A stretch of DNA of 64,000 nt from a virus (taxonomy: Duplodnaviria; Caudoviricetes). Under the pieces are notes generated by a model. It made no database searches. It saw only the letters and a list, made by a program, of their open reading frames with translations, and had not been told where the DNA came from. Below, piece by piece: positions 55,731 to 64,000 of the stretch (within the stretch, counting starts at the first letter, position 1; each line of letters opens with the position of its first letter). The stretch covers positions 188 to 64,187 of the IMG/VR virus record IMGVR_UViG_3300005607_000001; one strand, written 5' to 3'. A program made the translations under genes and the position numbers.

Positions 55731-56726
55731 ATGACCGCCGAAATCACCGCGAATCAAGATCACGATCAAGATTCCAACTCCCCGTTTTCGCCGGTCTTGC
55801 CGACGTTGCAATTATACATCGACGCGACGTCTCTAACCGCGCTCAAAACCTGTCCGGAATACTACAACAACCGGATTCGCTTGGGTTATGTCTCTCAAGC
55901 CCGCGCTACAAACCCCGATCTCTTTTGGGGCGGCGAATTTCATGCGGCGTGTGAATTATACGACCATTTGCGCGTGCAAGGTCTTTCACACGACAAGGCC
56001 GTGTTGAAGACCGTGAAACACCTTTTCATTCGTACTTGGGACTTTGAAACCAACCGCCCCTGGGTGAGCGAAAAACCCGCCAAAACCCGCTATACCTTAA
56101 TCCGCGCGGTCGTTTGGTATTTGGAACAGTTCAAAGACGACCCACTGGAAACGATCATTCTCCACAACGGCAAACCGGCTGTTGAGTTGAGTTTCCGATT
56201 CTCGACCGAAATCAAAACCATTTCCACGAACGAAACCTTCATCGCCTGCGGGCATTTAGATCGCTGCGTGAAGTTCCATGGCAAAATCTACATCACCGAT
56301 AAGAAAACGAGTTCATTTGAACTCGATGATAAATTCTTTGCCCTCTTTAACCCCGATGTGCAAATGGGATTGTACGCCATTGCCGGGGCGATTGTATTTG
56401 ACACAGAAATCGACGGCCTGATTATCGACGGGGTGCAATGCTTGGTAACAGGTAATCGTTACCGCCGCGAATTCATCCAACTGACCCAAGCCCAGCGCGA
56501 GCAATACCTCGAAGATTTGCGTTTTTGGCTTCAGGTCTTGGAACACCTGGCGCTTAACGAATACAAAAACCCCAATAAACCCTGGCCGAAAAACGAAACC
56601 CAATGTTTCAAATACAATCGCCTCTGCGAGTTTCACAGAGTGTGTAGCGAAGACCCAGCGCACAGAATGCGCTTGTTGGAAACGTATTACACAAAACAAC
56701 CCTGGAACCCGCGCGAAGTGCGATAA
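55731..56726 (+). CDS. Cas4/RecB-like PD-(D/E)xK exonuclease
   Basis: KTCP, GGEFH, VELSF, GHLD, ITDKKT, QMGLY, C..C..C. Confidence 0.85.
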   Translation: MTAEITANQDHDQDSNSPFSPVLPTLQLYIDATSLTALKTCPEYYNNRIRLGYVSQARATNPDLFWGGEFHAACELYDHLRVQGLSHDKAVLKTVKHLFIRTWDFETNRPWVSEKPAKTRYTLIRAVVWYLEQFKDDPLETIILHNGKPAVELSFRFSTEIKTISTNETFIACGHLDRCVKFHGKIYITDKKTSSFELDDKFFALFNPDVQMGLYAIAGAIVFDTEIDGLIIDGVQCLVTGNRYRREFIQLTQAQREQYLEDLRFWLQVLEHLALNEYKNPNKPWPKNETQCFKYNRLCEFHRVCSEDPAHRMRLLETYYTKQPWNPREVR

Positions 56727-56795
56727 CTAACACCCAACACCCAACGCCCACCACCCAACTCTCAACTCTCAACCTCTAACCACGGTCCATAATCC

Positions 56796-57815
56796 ATGGT
56801 CTCGCTTCTCGAATCCCAAGATGAACCTGCAAAGTTCACCCTCACGGGCGAATCTGGTTCCGGTAAAACCGGTGCCAAGGCGTCATTGATCTGCGCGGGT
56901 TATAAAATCCGCTCAATCGATACGGATAAAGGTTCGCGCCTCTTACGCGCACTTTTAACCGACGAAGAACACTACCCATACGCCAAATGGATTAAACAAC
57001 ACGGAATTGACCTCAACACGGCGTATGATTACATCCCAATCGACACCGAGATGGTTTTACGCCAAGCGATACAGAAAAACCCTCGCGGTGAGATTGTATC
57101 CAAGGAAGAAATCCTCGCGCCGAAATCCGCCGATGCGTGGCCAAAGATCGTAAACTTGCTTGAAAACTGGCCGCGCTATGGAAAAGTCACCGATTGGGGA
57201 CCGGATACAATCCTCGACATTGATACTCTCACCTCCGTCGCCCAGGCGAGTTATTACTACCTGCAAAACCTCAACGCTCGCCTTGGAGTCCGCGAGGATG
57301 GTTATTCGCACCAACAGGACGTCGGCGGTACACAATCTCAACTCCGTCGCATGTTGGAGAAACTTTCCTCATCGTATGTCAAATGCCACGTGATCTTAAA
57401 CTGCCACATCATTTGGATCGATAACTCCTCGGGTTATAATCAATCACCCGACGAGCGCGCTCGGCAGGGGAAATCAATTGATCCTAAAGGTTATCCAAAG
57501 GCCGTCGGCAAGGCGTTGTCGACGGATATCAATTCCAAGTTCAACGACGGTTTCACCGTTCATCAACAAGGCGCAGGGGCGAACGTTAAACGTTTCATTT
57601 CCACCGTCCCGCGCGACAATATCAGCGCCAAAAACTCCGTCTACCTCGACCGCGAATATCCCATTTCAACCGGTCTGGCGGAAATTCTCGCCGCGCTGAC
57701 GTATCAACCCAAACCATGGGATTTGATCCAAGCCATTCGGGGAAATGAATTGCGCAATGATTCGCGCGATCTATCCCCAAAACCCGCACCCGGACCATCG
57801 GGTGTTAAACGGTGA
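56796..57815 (+). CDS. AAA_24 / Sak4-like ATPase
   Basis: GESGSGKT, IDTDKG, DIDTLT, VILNCH; between exonuclease and SSB candidate. Confidence 0.8.
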   Translation: MVSLLESQDEPAKFTLTGESGSGKTGAKASLICAGYKIRSIDTDKGSRLLRALLTDEEHYPYAKWIKQHGIDLNTAYDYIPIDTEMVLRQAIQKNPRGEIVSKEEILAPKSADAWPKIVNLLENWPRYGKVTDWGPDTILDIDTLTSVAQASYYYLQNLNARLGVREDGYSHQQDVGGTQSQLRRMLEKLSSSYVKCHVILNCHIIWIDNSSGYNQSPDERARQGKSIDPKGYPKAVGKALSTDINSKFNDGFTVHQQGAGANVKRFISTVPRDNISAKNSVYLDREYPISTGLAEILAALTYQPKPWDLIQAIRGNELRNDSRDLSPKPAPGPSGVKR

Positions 57816-57867
57816 ATGACAAATCATTCCATCATTCACCACTTCCAGTGAAAGGAAACTGAACTCC

Positions 57868-58341
57868 ATGACCACCCATTTCACCGATCTCCTGGATTAT
57901 ACGTCCGACGACGTATCAAAGCCCCGCGGTTGCCCCGAAGCGTGGCTTACCGCGGACCTTGGGCCGTTTATCCGCGACAAATCCCGTTCCGGCACGGAAT
58001 TCATCCGGTTTGATCTTCTCAACGTTCAACCACACGAAGACAATCCGCCGGACGTGATGGAGTCTTTGAAAGACATTGATTTTTCAAAACTCCGCTCGCC
58101 GTTTTGCCCTAATCTCACGGTTGATTATTGGCTGACGGAAGATGCGCTTTATCATCTCTCCGGCATGCTCGACCGCGTGATTGGTCATCCGAACGCATCT
58201 CTGCGGTCGCGTTTGGAAGAAACGCGCGGGGTGAGGGTAATGTTTAAGGTCAAACCCCGCGTACGTGAAAACGGCGAACAAACGGGCGAAACTCAGGTCG
58301 ATGGACGGAGTCTCGGACCAGTAACTTACATCAATCCGTAA
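57868..58341 (+). CDS. Putative single-stranded DNA-binding protein
   Basis: Position after Sak4-like gene; KSRSGTEFIRF, YWLTEDALY. Confidence 0.5.
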   Translation: MTTHFTDLLDYTSDDVSKPRGCPEAWLTADLGPFIRDKSRSGTEFIRFDLLNVQPHEDNPPDVMESLKDIDFSKLRSPFCPNLTVDYWLTEDALYHLSGMLDRVIGHPNASLRSRLEETRGVRVMFKVKPRVRENGEQTGETQVDGRSLGPVTYINP

Positions 58342-58354
58342 ATCCATGATCCTT

Positions 58355-58412
58355 GGTGAATGAATGGAGTGATGGAATGATAAGTATCATGCGTCATTTC
58401 CATTCATTCACC
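58355..58412. other. Long intergenic hairpin GGTGAATGAATGGA..TCCATTCATTCACC
   Basis: 14 bp perfect basal stem; related hairpin at 57811-57840. Confidence 0.75.
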
Positions 58413-58446
58413 GCATAAAGGGTCTTTAACCGCTCAATAACCAATT

Positions 58447-58716
58447 ATGCGCGAATTTCACCCCATGACAAACGACGTTGCCGATTCGATTTTCAACCGC
58501 GGACTGAAAGTCATCAACAACCCGCCGCGCAAATACCCGCGCATCAAACCCTCGCAGGAACCCCAATTGCGCGCGGAGATTGATCAATGGGTCAAAGACG
58601 GCCGGGTGACGTACATCACTCTCGAAATGGCCCAAAAATACGACGAAGAGAAAGAGCGCCAAATTCTTTCTCGACAGCGTGAAAAGATAAGACGGATGCT
58701 TTATCTTAATCAATAA
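58447..58716 (+). CDS. Hypothetical protein
   Basis: Co-oriented; abuts next gene. Confidence 0.6.
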   Translation: MREFHPMTNDVADSIFNRGLKVINNPPRKYPRIKPSQEPQLRAEIDQWVKDGRVTYITLEMAQKYDEEKERQILSRQREKIRRMLYLNQ

Positions 58717-59028
58717 ATGCCGGACTACAACACCCCGCGGTTCTTTTGCGTATGGATTGACCTCGGGTTGGAGAGATTAAAGAAACTACAACGCTTGAAT
58801 AATCACGCGTTACAAATCTCTCCAACCATGATTCTAATCCCCAATGGAACCCCAGAGGATCCACAGTACATTCACTTGCGCCCGTATAAATCCGGGACGT
58901 TAATCAGCGAACGCACCTCGACGGGCACATCACAAGGGCAATTATTCAACATTCCATGGTCCAAGGCTACGAATTACATCATCAACCGCGCGGCGAAATT
59001 GAAATGTCACTTTCAAGTGCAAAAATAA
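58717..59028 (+). CDS. Hypothetical protein
   Basis: Co-oriented ORF. Confidence 0.55.
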   Translation: MPDYNTPRFFCVWIDLGLERLKKLQRLNNHALQISPTMILIPNGTPEDPQYIHLRPYKSGTLISERTSTGTSQGQLFNIPWSKATNYIINRAAKLKCHFQVQK

Positions 59029-60155
59029 TCCTCATCGGCGAGGCTTGGGGCGTTGATGAACAACGTCACAAACACGCATTCGTTGGCGCGGCGGGCAGGG
59101 AACTAGCGGCGCAAATTGCGCATTCCAACCTCGCCCCGGCAATTACCACTAAATACCCTTCCTGCGAGGAACTAATCTCCTATTGGCAAAATTTATCCAC
59201 TAATCACGGAATACATTTATTAAACGTCTTCAACCTTCATCCAGAGAATAATAAAATCGATTTATTCTTTTCCCGTGATGGCAACCGTTCCCTCGCACCG
59301 TATCGCGTGGGGAAATACCTCATTCCCGAATACATGCCGCATGTTTTGCGCCTATGGGAAAACATCCGATCATTGAACCCGAACCTAATCATCACCCTAG
59401 GCGGAGTGGCATCTTGGGCCGTTTTAGGCAAAACAATCAAAATCTCCGAAATCCGCGGCACAATAAATCCCGCGCGCACGGAACTACACAACCTAAAAAC
59501 CCTGCCCACCTATCACCCGTCGTACATCATGCAATACGGTTATTCCGACCGACCGATTGTCATCGCGGATTTAATCAAGGCCAAATCCGAATCCCAATTC
59601 CCCGAAATCCGGCGCACGGAACGATTTATCACCATTCCCAATCCGGATTCCGTACAAGAAATCATCTCCTGGATCCAACGTCCCGCGGATATGTACGCCG
59701 TGGATATTGAAACCGGGTATGCCCTTTATACCCACATCGAATTAACCTCCATGCTCCCGCGGCATAGATTTTATCTCTCATCGCAGATTTCAATGATCGG
59801 TTTCGCGCGGTCGAAAAGCGATGCCCTGGTAATACCGTTTATGGCGCGCAATGCCGATAACACCTCACTCGATTTTTGGTCAACGCCTGAGCTGGAAACC
59901 CAAGCTTGGCGCTTAACCCGCGAACTCTTACAGTCACCAATTCCGAAAATCTTCCAAAACGGCATGTTCGACATACAACGTTTGTTAGAAAAAGGTCTCG
60001 TACCGCGCAATTGCCTCCATGATACCATGTTACGTCAACATGCGCTATATCCCGAATTACAAAAATCCCTCGGATTCCTGGTCTCCATTCATTGCAACGA
60101 ATTCCCATGGAAGGGGATGTATTCCAACCGCGATCATTTGAAACGCGACGAATAA
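59004..60155 (+). CDS. Family-4-like uracil-DNA glycosylase fused to N-terminal part of 3'-5' exonuclease
   Basis: IGEAWG..E..FVGAAG, TYHPS; AVDIET (ExoI), QNGMFD (ExoII), HDTM; no ExoIII. Confidence 0.88.
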   Translation: MSLSSAKIILIGEAWGVDEQRHKHAFVGAAGRELAAQIAHSNLAPAITTKYPSCEELISYWQNLSTNHGIHLLNVFNLHPENNKIDLFFSRDGNRSLAPYRVGKYLIPEYMPHVLRLWENIRSLNPNLIITLGGVASWAVLGKTIKISEIRGTINPARTELHNLKTLPTYHPSYIMQYGYSDRPIVIADLIKAKSESQFPEIRRTERFITIPNPDSVQEIISWIQRPADMYAVDIETGYALYTHIELTSMLPRHRFYLSSQISMIGFARSKSDALVIPFMARNADNTSLDFWSTPELETQAWRLTRELLQSPIPKIFQNGMFDIQRLLEKGLVPRNCLHDTMLRQHALYPELQKSLGFLVSIHCNEFPWKGMYSNRDHLKRDE

Positions 60156-60175
60156 TTAACGGAGAATTAAACACC

Positions 60176-60571
60176 ATGCCCACATTCGACCCGGCGCTTT
60201 TGCAGATGCCGACCGATTTAACCGAAATCCAACGTCTTTGTCACTTTCAAAGTGATAAAAACGGCTGGTGGAAGGATTTGCCGCAAATCGAACCGCAAAG
60301 ATCATTTTTCCTGGCGACTAAAATCGCGCTTATTCATTCCGAACTAAGCGAGGCACTGGAAGGCCTGCGCACTAATGCACAAGACGCACACTTACCACAA
60401 TATTCATCAATCGCCGTCGAACTCGCGGATGCGCTTTACCGTATCCTCGACTTGGCGGAATCACTAAACATCAACCTCAATCAAGTGTGGTGGGAAAAGC
60501 ATCTTTATAACATCATGCGCGAAGATCACAAACCCGCTAATCGTTCTAAACCGGGCGGTAAAAAGTTCTAA
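60176..60571 (+). CDS. MazG-like nucleotide pyrophosphohydrolase
   Basis: ALIHSELSEALEGLR, ELADALYRILD, EKHLYN. Confidence 0.88.
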   Translation: MPTFDPALLQMPTDLTEIQRLCHFQSDKNGWWKDLPQIEPQRSFFLATKIALIHSELSEALEGLRTNAQDAHLPQYSSIAVELADALYRILDLAESLNINLNQVWWEKHLYNIMREDHKPANRSKPGGKKF

Positions 60572-60592
60572 TCATTCACACGGTGCATTTCC

Positions 60593-62050
60593 ATGCCTGT
60601 CTTTGCAACGCATACCTTAGACATTAACACCCTTCCGCAGGAATTTTACATCCCCGTTTACAACGGGCTTGATAATTGCCTAACCTATGAAGTCAATGAA
60701 ATAATGTCCCCCCTGGCGGAAGGGAATTTTATCTATGACTTCGAACGCGCATTGCAAGCCCCGGTCATGGAAATGCAACTTCGAGGGTTTCGCATCGATC
60801 CCATCGCGCGCGAAGAGGCACTAAAACTCACAAAACAAAAACTAACTGCGACATTGGGCGTTTTAACGCGCTTGTGCAATTATCCCATAAACCCCAATTC
60901 AGGCGATCAATTAAGGAATTTGTTTTATAACCAATTCGGCCTCAAACCCGTAAAGCGTTATTACAAGGGCGAGGTCGCATCTCCGATGGACCGAAAAGTC
61001 CTCGAATCCTTCAGGCATCATCTGTACGCCGAACCAATCACCAACGCCGTTCTGCTCGCCCGGGATTTGGTGAAAATCATTCAGGTTCTCGAAACCGACA
61101 TCGATCTTGATTGGCGCTGGAGGTGCAGTTACAACATCGCCGGAACGACAACCGGGAGGTTTTCGAGTTCCAAATCCGGCATCGGCACCGGGTCGAATTT
61201 TCAAAACATCACCGAAGACCTTCGCCGGATTTTCATCGCCGATCCGGGTTACAAACTCTGCGGCATTGACGGCGAACAGGCCGAGGCGCGATTTGTCGGC
61301 TGGTTTTGTGGTATAACCTTCAACGATTGGCGTTATTTGAACGCCGCCGAAAGCGGTGATTTACATACCTACGTCACCCGATTGGTCTACCCAGATTGGC
61401 CGTGGACGGGCGATTTATCCAAAGACCGCAAACTTGCCGAGCGGACATTTCACAGGCATTTCACATTCCGCGATGCGAGCAAACGCCTTGCACATGGCAC
61501 GAATTACCTCGGCCAGCCGGATAACATGGCCCGGCAAACTCAAATCCCCTTGCCACTCGTCAGAGATTTTTACGATCGCTATATGACCGCCTTTGAGTGC
61601 ATCGACAAGATGCACAAATTTATCATCAGTCAATTGCAAACCAAACGACGTTTGACGTCAATGATGGGCCGGCCACGGGATTTCTTCGACCGGCCAAATG
61701 ATCCCGAAACCTGGCGTGCGGCCGTGGCATTTATGTTTCAATCCTCAACGAGCGATTACATCAACCTCGGTCTGTGGCGCATCTGGCGCTATATGGGCCT
61801 CAGAGTGCAAATTCTCAGTCAACTTCACGACGCGGTTTATTTTCAATTCCGCACTGACGACGACGAACGCGACGTTGTGCGCGAGGCGTTGGATTTAATG
61901 CAAATCAAACTTCGGCACAATGATCGGGAGTTTTACATCCCCTGCGAGGCCCAAACGGGGTTTAATTGGGGGCACAAATGGAAACTTGATTCCAAAGGGA
62001 ATAAATACGAGGCGAACCCCAAGGGGTTGGATAAAGTGAAATGGGATTGA
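60593..62050 (+). CDS. polA: Family A DNA polymerase (ExoIII + polymerase domain)
   Basis: YNGLD, TTTGRFSS, NFQNI, DGEQAEAR (A), RDASKRLAHGTNY (B), QLHDA (C). Confidence 0.95.
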   Translation: MPVFATHTLDINTLPQEFYIPVYNGLDNCLTYEVNEIMSPLAEGNFIYDFERALQAPVMEMQLRGFRIDPIAREEALKLTKQKLTATLGVLTRLCNYPINPNSGDQLRNLFYNQFGLKPVKRYYKGEVASPMDRKVLESFRHHLYAEPITNAVLLARDLVKIIQVLETDIDLDWRWRCSYNIAGTTTGRFSSSKSGIGTGSNFQNITEDLRRIFIADPGYKLCGIDGEQAEARFVGWFCGITFNDWRYLNAAESGDLHTYVTRLVYPDWPWTGDLSKDRKLAERTFHRHFTFRDASKRLAHGTNYLGQPDNMARQTQIPLPLVRDFYDRYMTAFECIDKMHKFIISQLQTKRRLTSMMGRPRDFFDRPNDPETWRAAVAFMFQSSTSDYINLGLWRIWRYMGLRVQILSQLHDAVYFQFRTDDDERDVVREALDLMQIKLRHNDREFYIPCEAQTGFNWGHKWKLDSKGNKYEANPKGLDKVKWD

Positions 62051-62054
62051 ATTC

Positions 62055-62267
62055 ATGAGCGTCACGTATCACGCCGATGCGGTTGTCAAAGTCTCTATCA
62101 CTCACGATGAAGTGACGACGACCTATCACTTAACCACAAGACGCGTATCTGTATATTGCGAATACGACCACGGTTCAACACCTGATGCTAAAACGTTGAA
62201 AGAACTCACCTTCACGTTCCATTACCCGGAAATGAGAGGATTAAATGTTGACGCGCCGGTGGGATAG
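62055..62267 (+). CDS. Hypothetical protein
   Basis: Fills the gap in operon. Confidence 0.5.
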   Translation: MSVTYHADAVVKVSITHDEVTTTYHLTTRRVSVYCEYDHGSTPDAKTLKELTFTFHYPEMRGLNVDAPVG

Positions 62268-62742
62268 GCATTTTTTACGCCTCGCACTCGAACATTCCCG
62301 GATGTCAAAAGACCCGCGCACAAAGGTCGGGGCGTTGATCGTCAGTCCGGATCGTGGAATTATCTCCGCGGGGTTTAACGGTTTTCCACAACGCATAACC
62401 GATTCCGCCGAACGGTTGAATGACCGCAACATAAAACTCGACCTAATCATCCACGCGGAGATGAATGCCATACTTTTCGCCGCGCGACGTGGCATCGCGA
62501 CTAAAGGCAACGCGATGTATATCATCGGCCATTCGGCCTTGACGGGTGATATTCTAGGCCTTCCGCCTTGTGTACGTTGCGCGGTGCAAATGATTCAAGC
62601 GGGGATTACACAGGTCATAACCTGTCCCCTGAATACCTCACTTCAACATTGGGAAGACAGTTGCCTCACCACACAACGCATTATGCACGAGGCGGGGGTT
62701 GAATACATTGAAATCCCTGCCGATGCCCTCACGGAGAAATGA
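62245..62742 (+). CDS. dCMP deaminase
   Basis: SKDPRTKVGA, GFNG, HAEMNAI, PCVRC. Confidence 0.93.
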   Translation: MLTRRWDRHFLRLALEHSRMSKDPRTKVGALIVSPDRGIISAGFNGFPQRITDSAERLNDRNIKLDLIIHAEMNAILFAARRGIATKGNAMYIIGHSALTGDILGLPPCVRCAVQMIQAGITQVITCPLNTSLQHWEDSCLTTQRIMHEAGVEYIEIPADALTEK

Positions 62743-63102
62743 ATGTCCTACTGGTACCTCGCGTCGCCGTATGCCAAATATCCTCACGGCAAAGAAAAAG
62801 CAGTCGAACACATCGCGGAAAACGCCGCACTGTTGATTAGAAACAACATTCAAATCTTCTGCCCGATCCTTCACAGTCAAGCCGTGAAGCCATTTTTGCC
62901 CGAGGATTTGCGCGATGATCACTCCTTTTGGTTATCATTCGACAAGCATTTCATCGATCATTCATGGGGGGTTATTGTTTGCAAACTCGATTCCTGGCAC
63001 GAATCAAAAGGCATCGCGGAGGAAATGGAATATTGCCTCTTCCGTCATAGACCCGTGATCTTTATGGAACCGGGAATTGTGCCTGATTTTTTCCTTGGAT
63101 AA
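62743..63102 (+). CDS. DUF1937 / nucleoside deoxyribosyltransferase-fold protein
   Basis: YLASPY, FCPILHS, WHESKGIAEE. Confidence 0.8.
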   Translation: MSYWYLASPYAKYPHGKEKAVEHIAENAALLIRNNIQIFCPILHSQAVKPFLPEDLRDDHSFWLSFDKHFIDHSWGVIVCKLDSWHESKGIAEEMEYCLFRHRPVIFMEPGIVPDFFLG

Positions 63103-63110
63103 CACCTCCA

Positions 63111-63701
63111 ATGATCACTAACTTGAAACTCATCGCTATTTGTGGCCCTAAAGGCTCGGGGAAATCCTTGTTATCCAGGTATTTAACAACACACCACAAT
63201 TACACCCGTTTGCCGTTTAGTGAATCGCTGAAATGGATGGTTTATAACCTCTTGCGCGATCAAGGCGCGTCGCACGAACTCGCGACGAAGTTATTAAACG
63301 ATCCTGAATACAAAGAACAACCCACGCAATATTTCATGAACCGTTCGCCGCGCCATGTAATGCAAACCTTGGGAACGGAATGGGGGAGGAATTACATACA
63401 CGATAACTTTTGGGTCAACATCTGGCTCAATAAACTTCGCACTCTGCACCTCTCGAAGGTCGTGGTTGATGATTTGCGATTTGTGAACGAAGCGCAAATG
63501 ATCAAGTCACTTAACGGGTTTATCATTTGCCTCTCGCGGCCTGAACCGAACACTATCACAGCCACAACCACAAATATCATCGACACTCACGTTTCCGAGT
63601 GCGAATACAAATATCTCGACTATGATCTTTTTCTTGTAAACGATTCAACCCCCGAACAACTTCTTCGCCGCGTGCAAGAGACACTGGGCGATAGGATTTA
63701 G
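63111..63701 (+). CDS. Deoxynucleoside monophosphate kinase
   Basis: GPKGSGKS, PRHVMQTLGTEWGR, DDLRFVNEA, HVSE. Confidence 0.92.
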   Translation: MITNLKLIAICGPKGSGKSLLSRYLTTHHNYTRLPFSESLKWMVYNLLRDQGASHELATKLLNDPEYKEQPTQYFMNRSPRHVMQTLGTEWGRNYIHDNFWVNIWLNKLRTLHLSKVVVDDLRFVNEAQMIKSLNGFIICLSRPEPNTITATTTNIIDTHVSECEYKYLDYDLFLVNDSTPEQLLRRVQETLGDRI

Positions 63702-63707
63702 CGTTCA

Positions 63708-64000
63708 ATGATCGACGTCAAAATCATAGCCGATTCGATCGCGGAAAATTCCCCGCGCTTAATCACCTTCGAGTGTTCCTATCCTCGGTTCATTCATAGC
63801 GAGGTTATGACGCATCGAATGTTTTCACGCAACGCGAGTTCATCGCGCGCAATTCCCGTCACGCGGACATTAAAAGAAGTCGAAAACTCACCCGCAATGC
63901 CCGAATACTGGGGTGCCGAACAGCCGGGTATGCAATCGGGCGAGAAACTATCGCCCGACGATGAAAAGCTCGCAATCTTTCACTGGAAATCAGCCGCGAA
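63708..64000 (+). CDS. thyX: Flavin-dependent thymidylate synthase, N-terminal part (3'-truncated by window)
   Basis: Own translation: MIDVKIIADS..YPRFIHSEVMTHRMFSRNASSSRAIP..WGAEQPGMQS. Confidence 0.9.
   Translation, partial: MIDVKIIADSIAENSPRLITFECSYPRFIHSEVMTHRMFSRNASSSRAIPVTRTLKEVENSPAMPEYWGAEQPGMQSGEKLSPDDEKLAIFHWKSAA

Noticed and set aside
55731-56726. Cas4-like nuclease as a sign of a CRISPR system
   Set aside because: It sits in a standard phage exonuclease-Sak4-SSB recombination module
53750-60595. Frequent CC immediately before ATG and weak SD at many starts
   Set aside because: May simply reflect the C-rich coding strand and host start-context bias; cannot be shown significant without statistics
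62743-63701. DUF1937 + kinase + MazG as a hypermodified-base pathway
   Set aside because: No base-modifying synthase (PurZ, Que/Dpd, hydroxymethylase) is recognisable, and ThyX plus UDG point to ordinary thymine DNA

Overview
This window is an almost complete, circularly permuted ~64 kb temperate tailed phage genome (siphovirus-like, GTA-type tail tip). The host is probably an alphaproteobacterium, inferred from the integrase type, DUF2460/DUF2163 tail genes and CtrA-like boxes. One thyX gene is split across the two window ends. Transcription diverges from a ~300 bp dyad with an AT-rich axis at ~45.86 kb. The + arm (46.2-64 kb, continuing at 1-4.9 kb) carries early genes, recombination genes, a split UDG-exonuclease/PolA polymerase and nucleotide metabolism genes (MazG-like, dCMP deaminase, dNMP kinase, ThyX, NrdJ). 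The - arm (45.6 down to 4.9 kb) carries packaging genes, an int/xis/attP module inserted between terL and portal, and head, lysis and tail genes. The most notable observations are: (1) a ~240 nt highly structured non-coding RNA candidate directly upstream of a TPR-glycosyltransferase + FkbM methyltransferase pair inside the head gene block, a possible virion glycosylation system; (2) a portal fused to a pyrophosphatase-like domain and ending in a copy of the capsid N-arm motif; (3) a proofreading exonuclease domain split across two genes, with His at the PolA 762 position; (4) an attP with a tRNA 3'-end core that would sever the late operon, with no recognisable repressor but several CtrA-like boxes; (5) post-stop-codon heptamer repeat tracts at six sites; (6) tandem Dit paralogs, an Rpf-like tape-measure domain and a -1 frameshift site. 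All family assignments are from motif recognition by eye; no searches were run.
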